From Salisapilia sapeloensis CBS 127946 (Eukaryota; Protista; Oomycota): a DNA stretch of 64,000 nucleotides. The stretch's first letter is position 1; the number at the start of each line of letters is the position of its first letter. The position numbers were made by a program, and so were the translations under genes. Below the pieces are notes generated by a model that searched no databases, was not told where the DNA came from, and worked only from the letters and a program-made list of their open reading frames with translations. Shown here one piece after another: positions 36,701 to 48,646 of the stretch. The stretch lies in the NCBI GenBank assembly GCA_023334545.1, contig JAADVB010000019.1:62001-126000 (forward strand), given 5' to 3'.

Positions 36701-36707
36701 GTACTAG
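30782..36707 (+). CDS. Very large helical-repeat protein with C-terminal DENN-like domain (2 exons, ~1930 aa)
   Basis: Exon 1 30782-31001, intron 31002-31134, then a long open frame; LSVSTVVRALGALLTESPMVVV...LLRPFFWQHTTYPFIP...FLVG is cDENN-like; TPR-like helices in the middle. Confidence 0.8.
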
Positions 36708-36716
36708 CAAACGAAT

Positions 36717-37429
36717 TTATTTACGATGGTGGCGGTGGGAAGCGTAGACGATCTAGATGGCCTCGTGACGATGTGGTGGGAGGATGAGGAGGATGTTGCG
36801 TACCTGATCTATGCGGTAGCCCATGGACGGATGACCTGCAGCGATGGCCCATTGAAGAGGCGTCTTCTTCCACTGCAACTAGTTAGATATTGTTTCCATG
36901 TAGGTTTATAAGAAATGATAAAGGTTTTGAGACTTTTCGATAGACTTGAGTACCTTGTCGATCGTGTTCCAGTTCGCATTAAATGTCAGTAGGAGACGAA
37001 TGATGTCTTCGTGGCCGTACTTGCACGCGAGGTGCAACGGAGAGTACCAGCCCTAGGTACAAGTGAGACTTTATGTATGTAGTTGAGTTGGACGGGAGAG
37101 GTGTACCCAAGCAGCACGCTCGTTGACGTCTGCATTGTGGTCTACGAGAAGCTGGACCATCTCCAGATTTCCCTTGGCGACAGCTCGATGGAGTGGTCCG
37201 ACACCAGACTATATGGTGGTCGTACATGAGACTAGAGTTTTGGATGAATAGAGAGTGGGAGTACCCATCGACGTCGGTTGAGGAGAGATGGATTCGTTTC
37301 TAGGAGTGAGCGGACGACTTGGATGTTTCCTTGTGAGACGAAGAGACAAAGATCGACCTTTTGCACTCGGTTCTGGCTGTCTTTTACGGTGGAATGGAGG
37401 TCACCTTGACATGGAGTTGGACTTGCCAT
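36717..37429 (-). CDS. Small ankyrin-repeat protein (5 exons, ~156 aa)
   Basis: Exons 37429-37265, 37208-37107, 37052-36954, 36872-36804, 36752-36717; GPLHRAVAKGNLEMVQLLV, SPLHLACKYGHEDIIRLLL, TPLQWAIAAGH. Last exon is the least certain. Confidence 0.8.
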
Positions 37430-39050
37430 GGCCGTTGAGTTTTGAAAGCTAAAGTGAGAGAGAGAGTCGTGAAAAAGATTTTAGAGCTGCAGTCTGAAGT
37501 AACAGACACATTCGTTTAAGCTGGAGTTTGTTGTAGGGAATACAAGTATCTGCTACTCTGCCGCAGTATCGTAGATGTACATAGTAAAGGTCTACGATTT
37601 GGTTTGAGTGTATGCTAGAATCATCTAATTCTCGCTAAAGTTATGAAGAAGTTATAGGAAGCAGTCATGAAGTTCATAGAAAAAGTTATCTGGGTACGCT
37701 TGTCGGTCAACGTGGGCCTGATGTCGTAACGTGAACGTAGTTGTTTTATTATAGGCATAATCTGCTTCGCGCCAAGAGTATTGATACATCAGTGTTGATT
37801 TGAACTACATGAAGAGATCCTTATGCTGGATAGACGTCGCGTGAATACGTTTGGCCTGTAGTGCATTCAATGTCTTCCATGCGTGTTTCTGTCCAATACA
37901 GATACGGCAAAGACTTTACCAAATGTCTCTGGATGCATGAGACTGTTACAGGGATTATCTGTCGTCTAGCATACTTCTAGTGCAGCTCAAATCACTAATG
38001 TCTTTACCAGGTCTGGAGCAATGCATATGGCACGAAAGTTACACTCCTTTAAATATTCTTGCTCTTGTCACTTGACTCTAGCATCATCTGGACTAGACCA
38101 TTTAGGCGATGAAGAGTACGGGAATTTATCCACGATACTGGTAGTGCTTACAATTTATTATCGTTTCCTTCCTGCTTTCTTTGAGCTTGTGAAAAGCGTG
38201 TCGTGAGCCTAAAAATACTAGTGTCAATGTTGACCTCAGCTAGGTAGTTCTCCTGCCAACTACGATGAAAGTACAAGTCGTAGGTATAATAGTCATCGCT
38301 GTGAGCTAAGGGAATTGCAATTGGCTTTGGCAGTACTAGCTACAAACCTTTAACCTACTTCCATCGGGTTATGCTGAGCGCAGATTACAAAATTTTTACT
38401 ACAGCAAACTGAAAGTCGCTTATTACTGCAGCTATCTTGCAATTATTCATGCTCGTAGCAAGTACAGTTACCCAGCAGCAAGAGCGCAGAGGGCTATTGA
38501 TTTTTGGCTAAAGCAGCACGCCGAGGACGATCGTAGTGAATCCGCAAAGACTCATGGAATTCCTAGTAGCTAGTATCTGCTTGAAGTATCCACAGTAAAG
38601 TCGAAGAAACACCATGTCATCTATATACCAGAGATAATCATCTACGCACACATCCTCTTGGAGAATGGCATTCGAAAAAGGATCTATTGAGAGAGATGAA
38701 GGATAATTGAAGATGACAAAGCAGAAAAGCAAAATATCAGCGCGAATTGAAGTTCCCAATGGATGGAGGGTCGGTAGCAAACGTGAAAGAGCGTATTGAA
38801 GGACAATAGGTGGAAACATTTATGCAAGCAAAGAGAAGAAGAACGTAATACAATGAGTCTTGATAGCATAAAAGGCACTGAGGAACAAGTAGCCTCGGAT
38901 TACTTTAAATTGCTACCGTAGCAATCATTCTGGTAAGTGGCACTCTATAAAGATATCATAGTCTAGCTTTCAGTATGGTCGTGTTCCCTCTCGCAAACTA
39001 GACAAGAGAACTCGGCTTACCAGTCGCCCTGTTCCTCCAAGAAAGATATT

Positions 39051-40680
39051 ATGCAGCGCATGTGCGCATCATGGCTGTTACTACTGCTCTCTACTTTGTT
39101 CATGCAAAGTCCAGTTGCGGAAAATCCGAATGATATTGATGATTCTGTGCACTTGGATGACTCTGCATGCTCCTTTCGGTTTCGATATTTATCGTGCGTA
39201 CCATCCACGTTATGCGGCTACTCGTTTCAATTCGGAGATGTGACTTTATCCCAGTCATGCCGTATTCTTCCTCAATTCCGCACGTTGCCTCAGCAGCTAC
39301 ATCTAGCTATCGCTGGCTCGGAACCAGGCACTGGCATGACCGTGTCATGGGCTACTTTTAACCATGTCAATGATTCATCGATATGGCTTGGTACGACCAA
39401 GACCGACTTGAAAGAGCAATCCGACGTATCCATTGACAGTCAGTCGTACTACTCTCAACACTCGTACTCGTTATATCAGTACCATGTGACCTTGGAAGAT
39501 TTATTGCCGTCGACGACGTACTACTACAAAGTCGGCAGTGAGTCCAGGAAAGATTGGCAAAGCGCCGTCTTTTCCTTTCGAACGGCGCCTAGTAGCGCAG
39601 AAGCTGACAGACGACCGCTTAGTATAGCGATCTATGGGGATCACGGGACGGGCGCATTGGGCCAAGTGACTACGGATTACGTGAATAGCATCAACCAAGA
39701 CCTCGACCTCGTCGTCCATCTTGGTGATCTAGCATATGCCGACGATGCCTTCTTGCAACCTTATCATACGCTCGGTTTCTACTACGAGTATACGTACAAC
39801 ATGTGGATGAATGACCTTACGCCTTTGATGGCGCACGTGCCGTACAGCGTCGTCGTCGGAAACCACGGTAAGATACACGTCTCCTTTGGCCATGTAGTAA
39901 CGATACTGATGCGATTGTCTAGAGGCGGAATGTCACAGTCCACGCTGTCAAATCTCAAGTTTCAAGAAAGACCACTTGGGTAATTATACAGCATTCAACG
40001 CTCGTTTCCGTATGCCATCAAAAGAAAGTGGCGGGGCCAAGAATATGTACTTTTCGTTTGACTTTCCTCCGATCCACTGGATAATGGTTTCCACAGAAAC
40101 AGACTATCCAAACGCACCAACGAACGAGTACACGTTCACACATCACAATGGCCACTTTGGCGAGCAGTTACGATGGCTGGAAAACGATTTAGCAAAGGCG
40201 GATAGTAATCGTGGCGTCGTCCCGTGGATTGTCGTTGCGATGCACCGTCCCATCTATTCCCTGACCGGTGTTGACGCGAAAGGGTTTCCATCTGGGGATT
40301 GTGCCAACGTCCAGAAGAGCTTTGAGCCGTTGTTCGTACGCTTCGGCGTCGACCTCGTTGTCGCAGGGCATGAGCATGCGTATGAACGACAACTACCTGT
40401 TGCTATGGGCCAAGTGTTTCGGCATGGAGTTAGTGATGACAATCGTCGGTATGTAGACGTCCAAGCACCCGTGTATGTCGTATCAGGGTCGGCTGGAAGC
40501 TTTGAGAAATTAGATCACGACCCAGGCAAGAAAGCAGCGTGGAATGCAGCGGCGGATTTTGACCACCTGGCGATCGGGCGCCTCGAGGTGGAAGGTCGTG
40601 ACCGATTGACGTGGCGTTTGGAGAGTAGTACCGATGGACACGTGCTAGATGAGTTCGTGCTGATTAAAACACTGCAATAG
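39051..40680 (+). CDS. Secreted purple acid phosphatase, copy 2 (2 exons)
   Basis: Signal peptide; GDHG, GDLAY, GNH|E across intron 39868-39922, MHRPIY, GHEHAYER; colinear with copy 1. Confidence 0.92.
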
Positions 40681-40981
40681 AAAGGAATCTTGGCTTCATC
40701 GAAATTTACATAGCAAAAGATAAGTAGTAGGTGGATACAGAACCATCGCAACCAGAATATAAAATCAAAAAGCATAAATCCAATTCTCAAAGTGAAGGCT
40801 CAGATGCCAAGCGTTCATCTTCTCTCGATAAACTTCTTTCGCTACTATCCAGCTCTATTGCACGATCACAGAGATCACACAACATCTATCCTTTTAGCGC
40901 TAGAGATTGCCGTCTCGATAAGTTTCAGAACGCACTTGACACCAGGCGGGAAATTCAATAGCAAAACGTCATGGCTTAAGC

Positions 40982-41914
40982 TTATGGCGTAAGCATCATG
41001 TCGAACTCCTGCTGCTGCTGCTGGCGAGCGGCCTTGTCCGACTGGTGCTTTTTGTACAAGACACCGCCAACGGCAGCGCAGACACCAGCGGCGGCAGCGG
41101 CCACACCGGCAATCACACCAGCAGACACGCCACCGGCGGAAGCAGCACCTTCGACGCCAGCCTCCACAACCGGGACGGTCACATCATCCTCGTCGGCAGA
41201 GCCACTGACGGTCGAGTTGCTACCACCCATGTCACCACCGTTGTTTCCGCCGTTCTCGCCGCCGTTCTCGTCGCCGTTGTTACCGTCGTTGTTGCCGCCC
41301 ATGCCGTCACCGTTGTTACCACCGTGGCTGCCGCTTTCGTAGACGGAAGGAATGACACAGCCCCAGACACCCGTCGACACAGGCTTGCACTGGGCATCCT
41401 CCTTCAAGGAGCAAGCACCATCGTCGTCGGCACTGACGAGGTAGTCGTGGCAGTCGGCAACTGCGACAGATCCCATGGTCGGGCAGTTCCAGCCAGCTGG
41501 TTCAGGGCCTGATCCGCTGCAGATCGGTCCGTCGATGCAGTACGTCGCGTCATGCTCGACCGAGATCTCCCAGCAGTCCATGCCAGCGTTGTAGCTCGGA
41601 GCCGGAGTAGCTTCACCCGTAGGAGCCGGGGTGGCGTCACCCGTAGGGGCGGGAGTAGCGTCATCCGTAGGTGCCGGGGTCGATTCACCGGTCGGGGACG
41701 GGGTCATGTCACCGGACGGAGCAGGCGTCGGCTCACCAGTAGGCGCCGGGGTCATGTCGTCTGAGTCATTGTCGCCGACACCTGGGCCAGGGGCTGGCAT
41801 GCTGCCGCTGAAGGAGGCGCTGCCGACGTAAGATCCGTCCATCGAGCCGCTTTCCTGAGCGTGCGTGAGGGCCACCGCCGAGGCGGCCATAAAGAGTACC
41901 GTAGAAAGCTTCAT
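40982..41914 (-). CDS. Type I membrane mucin-like protein with oomycete 8-Cys module
   Basis: Signal peptide, TPAP repeats, 8-Cys domain (41578-41354), Gly/Asn linker, TM helix GVIAGVAAAAAGVCAAVGGVLY, tail KKHQ...EFDMMLTP. Confidence 0.88.
   Translation of the reverse strand: MKLSTVLFMAASAVALTHAQESGSMDGSYVGSASFSGSMPAPGPGVGDNDSDDMTPAPTGEPTPAPSGDMTPSPTGESTPAPTDDATPAPTGDATPAPTGEATPAPSYNAGMDCWEISVEHDATYCIDGPICSGSGPEPAGWNCPTMGSVAVADCHDYLVSADDDGACSLKEDAQCKPVSTGVWGCVIPSVYESGSHGGNNGDGMGGNNDGNNGDENGGENGGNNGGDMGGSNSTVSGSADEDDVTVPVVEAGVEGAASAGGVSAGVIAGVAAAAAGVCAAVGGVLYKKHQSDKAARQQQQQEFDMMLTP
41588..41755 (-). repeat. Seven 24-bp tandem repeats encoding xTP(A/S)P(T/S)xx
   Basis: MTPAPTGE PTPAPSGD MTPSPTGE STPAPTDD ATPAPTGD ATPAPTGE ATPAPSYN. 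Confidence 0.9.
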
Positions 41915-41976
41915 TGTGTTAAGTCCTTGTAGGATGATCTACTACTTTTCGGAAGGTAGTGCTTGTCCACGAGAGC

Positions 41977-41994
41977 GCAAAATTGGGAATGAGC
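41977..41994 (-). promoter_or_regulatory. INR+FPR core promoter
   Basis: Minus strand reads GCTCATTCCCAATTTTGC, a near-perfect oomycete INR+FPR consensus 63-80 nt upstream of ATG 41914. Confidence 0.8.
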
Positions 41995-44900
41995 TCTCTG
42001 GTGGCAGTCGCGTCGCGCCAGACTTGCGATTTGTATGTGTCTGGGATCATTAAGGAAAAGTATGCTAGAGAAACGGAGCGAAAAGCGAATCGCTGGCCGT
42101 TTTCTGCGCGCGAGGGAAACAGGTGACTTTGTAGACCCAATTTTCTTCAACGTTGATATGCGAAGGAGGTAATCGATGGGCATCGAAGACGCGTGGTGCA
42201 AATGATTTTATTTGGGCTTGGCCGCGTAGGACACTGGTACTCGATGGGACCATTTCGCTTGCCACAGCACACACGATCGAGGGGGGCGTGCAAGCTTACA
42301 CTGCTGGCAACGTGTCGTCAACAAACCAAACCGTGACTAGCATCTGCTGAACCCAAGACGTCAGCTCTAAAAACAAGGATGAAAAGGTCTAAACCAGATA
42401 CGCATCAAAGACGGCTTCGTCAACCTTATGATGTGCACCCTCTGAATTTTTATGTTTTGAAGCCTACCTCTTCGTCTTTCGTGGCGGTCTTCCTACCTGT
42501 TCGCCACGCATGATTTATTGTCTTAAATCGGATCAAATGGGCGCATTTGTAGCAGCGCATGGACAAATCACATCCTTCCCACGGCTTCAATCTGGCTTTG
42601 GACACGCAGCACGATCAGACTGACGCTGAATCCTTCGCCTTTGCTTCGAAAATGGACTAATGACATGCTCTTGAGATAGAGTAGCGTCGGAAAACTGTCG
42701 AGTCGTGCGAGCGCTAAAAAGTCGCTGACCTCTCGTCAGTACTTCGTTTGGCCCTAGTGGCTACATGTTCTCGTGCGTCTGGTAGGATCGCAAAGATGGG
42801 ACGGTACTTAACATCACATTCCGCCCGATCTCTGAAACGAAAATGTTCCATCTTCATCATCATCCACTATTTCTTTACCTACCAACTTTTTGTCAGATTA
42901 AAAACGCACGCTAGGAGGAAGACATTGAAAGTGCAACCATTCCCTTCACGATGCCTACGGCCGTGCGAAACTGTCCTACGGTACATGTGCAACTGATACT
43001 GGCAATCCATTTCAAGAAGGCACATCTCGTGAAATCAGCTCCAGCGACAATTCGTTGATGATTATAAACGAAGCGTAAAAATTAAGCCAAATTTATCCCT
43101 AATTCTGGTCTTTACCTATGCATGAGTGCACGTCGATACCAGAATCCACTCAGTGAATGTAGGTTGACACGTAACGGCGCAGATCCATTTTTCCAACATC
43201 GCCATGTCAATCCGTCGCTAGTAAGGTAGTGCAGACAGGAAGATAGTAGTGCTGTCAAAATACACGTACGCTCAATTTACATTGCTTGAGTTGACTAGAA
43301 ATTCTTGTATACAATGCCGATAGGAAAGGTAGCATCAACTCTTCTCGCTATCGTCGCTACGTCCATGCCGTGCCACTAGGAACAATTTGGCATGAATTTC
43401 AATGCGTTACCAAGGATGGTTGCATTGGAAACGAAAATCTTGCGACTTGGGTTTCATCCGTATGCAAGAACTCTTGATCTTGCAAGCAACCAAATATCTA
43501 ATCAGTTGGGCAGAAGAGACTTTGAGAAGACAAGGCTCGAACGAAATCACTATTGATGCCACGTCTTACGGAAAGAACAGAAGGTAGTACAGAACCGGAA
43601 AAGGAATACTTGGTGCAAGAAGCAAAGATCGTCAAATCTATGGATCACCTACATTAAATGACACAGTGTCACGCGGCGTTTACTATGGTATCCACTTTTC
43701 AACTTTTTTTTAGCTATTTAGAGTAAAAAGAAGTACACGAAGCCTTCTAGTCAGCTACAGTGCATTGTCGATGATCGATTGTGAACCTCGAGATGCTCGA
43801 AAAATCTACCCAGGTATTTGTCTGCATCCAGTGTGCATTCTATATCGATCCACGGCGATCTATCCCTTCAGCTCCGCCAACGGTACTTGCATAGATCCGT
43901 TGAACGGAACTGTTGCTGTAAAGTACGAATTAAAACCACAACTGATCACATGATCAAGAAGTCGGTGATGGCATGCTTTGAAAATACTCATACCGATCAT
44001 AAACTACATCAAACGTCGCATTAGCTTCGCTTTTGTTGTGTCGGTTTGGCAATTTGAACTGCGTACAATGCTAGGAAGAGATTATCATTGCCGTGGTAAC
44101 TTTGTAAATAAGCTCGTACGAATAATCAAAGTATAGACAAGCAATGAAAAAGGCTAAAACATCGATCTTGGCGATGAATACGTCGGCAGGCATCGACTAC
44201 TGTATGCAATATTTTACCACCTACACGTTCGAATTCATAGACACTTATGCCTGATGGAAGTCAGCGTAGAGAATAGCTTTTTATTCATTGCTGGACGCTT
44301 GCTCGAAGCGGTCCAAGCACGCAGGCCTTCCTGTCGGCCTGATATAAATCTCAGTAACTTTGCACGAATTCAGTCAGCGCCTTCTTTTGAACTCGTTTTC
44401 CAGATACGACGACTCCTTTCTTCGAATCATCATGCTAAAAAGTCGTGAAATAAATGAAAGCTAGTCGACATGCTTCTTGCAGATCTTTACTTCACTCTAG
44501 CTTCTGGTCATCCTGACGCCAGTCTGGTCTAATTTAAAGATCCTTCTACGTCAACATGGCTTTCATGCTTGCTGAAATTACGCTATAGGGAGGATCAAGA
44601 TGGAAGCTTGCAGGTTTTCAAAGAGTTAAGCCTAATTACCACGGATCAGAAGCTTTTAGCGCTTGATATTGGTCGTTTCAAGAACCATTTAAGATATGCG
44701 AAATAATGCATCAATGTGAGTGCACGTGAAAGGATATTAAATATCAATTTGAATTCACAGAAATAGATCAGCAAAGACTGGCATCAAGCATCTACATGAT
44801 ACCTTACGAAAGCGTTCTACCTACCATGTTCACTCCATTGCAACCCAATCCAAAGTAAATCATCATATCGGACTGCAAACAGAGATTCGACTCGCCATTC

Positions 44901-45065
44901 CACAAAGTGTTCTGATAAACACAGCGTCATTCTATAAATGTTGGGGCTACATTACTACCACAAAGGTGAACTGAAGCATTCCAACGATTGTTAATGTAGT
45001 TTCATTGTTCTTTAATTCAACTAATTTGATTGCGACGTTATTGTTTTCTTAGATAATCTCTTATT

Positions 45066-45614
45066 TTATCCCTCTTTCTTGTCCTTGATTGCCTTCATGT
45101 TTGCACTTCCAAATGCCGTGCTAGACCACAGCTTCTCAAACTCCTCCGGTGTACCACTCGAGCAGATCGTCTCGTGCTTGCCCTCGTCGTCCTTGTTCTT
45201 ACGACGCCAGGTTGACTTGAGCTTCTTGCCGTCGAACTCGCGCTCGTGCACGGCCTTCAGTCGACCCGTGCTGTCCTCATACCGACGACGAACACTCTTC
45301 ACTGGCTTTCCGCTGTTGTCCATGATCGACGAGCTGCTGTACGTGTAGCTCGAGTATCCGCGTCGACCATCTTCCTGCGGTTGCTTTTCGTTCTCTTTAA
45401 TAGCTTGACCCTTCTTGTTCTCCATCGGCAAGTCCTTGAAAAACTCGTCGTCATTATCAAAACCATTGTCCGCGAACAAGTCGCGAGAGAAGGCGATGCC
45501 GAGCTGGTTCATGTGCTTATGCATGTGCTCGAGGTCTTGGAGAGACGACTCGATGGCAGAGTCCCAGTGCCACCGACGCGGTCGCACGATATCCCACGGT
45601 CCGAACATTTCCAA
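45066..45614 (-). CDS. Small hydrophilic protein, myeloid leukemia factor (MLF)-like
   Basis: 182 aa, intronless; YSSYTYSSSS...RRRYEDSTGR...HEREFDGK...EEFEKLW parallels the MLF core pattern (recalled similarity, not searched). Confidence 0.7.
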   Translation of the reverse strand: MEMFGPWDIVRPRRWHWDSAIESSLQDLEHMHKHMNQLGIAFSRDLFADNGFDNDDEFFKDLPMENKKGQAIKENEKQPQEDGRRGYSSYTYSSSSIMDNSGKPVKSVRRRYEDSTGRLKAVHEREFDGKKLKSTWRRKNKDDEGKHETICSSGTPEEFEKLWSSTAFGSANMKAIKDKKEG

Positions 45615-45670
45615 TTGCGTAGGTTATAGCAGTACTTGTCTTGTGTCCTGTGTCTTGCTTGGTAGCTTTC

Positions 45671-45686
45671 CAAATCGAAACTGAGC
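45671..45686 (-). promoter_or_regulatory. INR+FPR-like element of MLF-like gene
   Basis: Minus strand reads GCTCAGTTTCGATTTG, about 60-70 nt upstream of ATG 45614. Confidence 0.5.
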
Positions 45687-45731
45687 TCCGGCGTCCTAGG
45701 CTCTCCGTCTTCAACCTGGCTTCAACGTAAC

Positions 45732-45783
45732 TTCCAGAAAGCACTTCCAGAAGCTATCGAGCGTCGAAACGGAGCTTCTCGAA
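45732..45783. promoter_or_regulatory. Clustered heat-shock elements (nTTCnnGAAn)
   Basis: TTCCAGAA at 45732-45739 and 45745-45752, TTCTCGAA at 45776-45783, directly upstream of the core promoter. Confidence 0.65.
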
Positions 45784-46689
45784 AAGAATCCCTCCTTCTA
45801 TCGTTGCCTTTGTATCACCTCCGCAACCAATTTTCTCGACATTGAACAAATAAAATAGAAATAAAACACAGATAAAAAACAAAAGAATGAAATACAAAGT
45901 ATATTAAATACGCTTCGACGATAGATAGCTACAAGTACATGTCTATCATGGCACTGAACAATAACGAAAGTCTATACGTTATGAAACGGTACGCATTCAA
46001 CCTGCTCGTGGCTTTATGCATGAAGGCAGTTAAGAATTGCAATTTCTTTATTGACAATTACTGATGTTGGTATTGGAAAGTTCCAAACCCTGAGATATAT
46101 GCATTTTTAAATGCAAGCGGCCATGGATTAATACTAGGCTACTGCTTTCGAAATCGCATGACGCAATTTGATGCTATTCGAATTGAAAAGGATTCAAGAA
46201 GGTCTTGCTACGACCAACGGTATTGATACCAAGAATCATGCACATTTAGTATTTTCAGTGGGAATTGTCTTTTCGTGGGTATAGAACAGCATATCATTAG
46301 CAGGGAATTCACAAGGTCGCGATGGAACTAGAAGCTCGGCTTGGATCAATGCTGCTAGCATCGCGTACCAATTCAAGAATATGATGAAGGCAACTCGAGT
46401 AAATATGCTGACGTTTATGGCACAAATTTATTTTGATTCTTGACATTTTCGTCCTCAAATTGTACGACGGATGACGAATTCATGTCAACGCCGACACGAA
46501 TACGCAGATGCTTGCTACCTCGGACTACTTTCAGTGATAGCGCGATGCCGATCTCGATTGCTTCAGTTTTAAATTTGTTTCATCCTTAGCACGACTATCA
46601 TGCCGCCACTGCCATCTTATGTCGCAAGCCTGCTATGAATATACTTCGTCTCCAATTGCATCACCTCCAGAGAAAGCTTTTCCAACTCG

Positions 46690-47533
46690 TACATTGTTTC
46701 CATTCCGCTGAAACTGAAATTGTCGACAACGGAAGAAAATCGTATCTTCAAAGGCGAAGTGGTCGATGAGGGCGAGGCTACTGACGTGGTACTTTAGAAA
46801 GCGATGCTCAGATGAGGTGAGGAAGAGGCATGTACGGGATATCTCTATTGACGCCAGATGCTGTTGTGACTGCTACACATTGTGTGCTAACAATAAGTTT
46901 CCAAGGAAAAACTATCAGCCTGCTGCTGTGACTATCGGCTCAAAGTTTTAGGATAACTCCGACCAAAAAGGAGAAGTCATCCTTGTAGAAGAGGTGCATT
47001 TGCATGAGAATTCTAATGCATGCACCCTTCAACACGACGTTGCTGTCTTGAGACTTAAAACCGAGGTGACAAACCCCAATAGACGCAGCTACATGCAGGT
47101 TGGAAGTCGAAGTGTAATTGATTTGAAAGTGAATAATCAGGCGAATGTCTATGGATGGGAATCCCATTGCACGGATGCAACTTTGTCGCACGAGCTCCTT
47201 CGAGGCGAAGAATTGAAGATAATCGATGTAGACGAATGCAAATTAACTTTAAACTACTGGAAGACTTGCTGGACTTGCAAATTTAGAGTAACTGACAACC
47301 ATCTCTGTGTGCGAAGCCAAAGCGACGAAGTAGGCGAAAGCGGTCCACAAATCTGCAGAGGTGATAATGGAGGACCGTTGATTCAAAATGGAAGGTTGAT
47401 CAATATAGCATCCTGGACTCCAGATGCCTGCGACGGAAGGAGAATGATGATCTACACGAAAGTTAGTGCTGTTTCGTCCTTCATACATGGAAAATCGGGA
47501 CTTGGTCTGAACGGCCCTATGGATGCTAATTAA
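46690..47533 (+). pseudogene. Trypsin-like serine protease homolog (GIP-like) pseudogene
   Basis: EENRIFKGE activation-like site; CTG then frameshift to SLLTPDAVVTATHC (46869-46883); in-frame stops (e.g. TAG 46949-46951); HDVAVLRL; CRGDNGGPL (catalytic Ser replaced by Asn). Confidence 0.8.
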
Positions 47534-48646
47534 CTTTCGTTGAGATTACTTTAATACTATATTAAATTCCTAAAATATCGTGTCAATGCTATACTAGCAA
47601 ATGCATAGTGTTGACTCGACTATAATAGACAGCAATATCTATTCGAGAAGAGTTTCTTGTAGTGCTCACTGTAGACGGAGTTAAACATGCTGCAAGCTCT
47701 TCTTACAACTTTTTGTTCAGTGAGAACAGAATCATAATCTTCCCGATATACTTCACTAGACGCATTTGCTCGATTAAATTTATGGTTTATGGCCATTTAG
47801 ACTGAAGCAATGACTTCGTGAAGATTGATCTTACGAGGTTTGTATGTGAAGACTTTCAGTACACACTTCGACTTCGTTAAGTAGTCGTTGAAAAGAGTTT
47901 AATTTATTGTAATAAGTTCTTAAGTTTGCTGCTCTCTGTTTGCTACTTGCTTGTATCAAATACGATTGTTTGTTGTCGACTTTTCTATCTGTACCACAGA
48001 ATCAATCTGAAGTTTTTACGATCGTGATGGCATCAGCATGATTTCCGTATCATGAACCTTGTCCTTTAAATGAGTACCTCGAGTAGCATCCACGGCTCGC
48101 ATTCTCCAATAATAGATACGGTGCCAGTCTACAGCGCATCACTTCAGCATATCATTGGGAGAAAAGTACTTTGCACGGATACGTATGAAGTTGACACTTA
48201 CCAACGATTCGCTTGCACTGGTTCTGATATGCTCTGAGCATTATGGATACTACATGCACCATGCATACAATTAGGCATAAATGGTGGTATCCAGCTCCTT
48301 CATTTCGGTCAAGAAATGATCGGTTCGTAGCACAAAAAGCAGTCTCTTGTACGACAGCAGGCTATCTGGTCGACTGACTAATAAACGATCTTCGACAGCT
48401 GCAAATGCTAAAAATGCTTCTTCGGGCGATAATCGTTCGCATCTACTAGAAACAGATCTATTCATCCGAATATTTTCTTCGCTCTCTGTATCCTATACAG
48501 TCTCACAGAAGTCCTATCATATACTTTTATTCTCCTTGATCGGATCGCCACGCCCGACTTGGTACAGAATCCATTTGTTTTTAACACACGGTAGTACCAC
48601 GGGAGACCAGTAGCACCCACAACTCCACTTTTAATCTCAACAAGCC

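Noticed and set aside
43402-43620. EITIDATSYGKNR, resembling a MULE transposase D-x-T-Y motif
   Set aside because: Single short motif, no TIRs or further catalytic residues identified.
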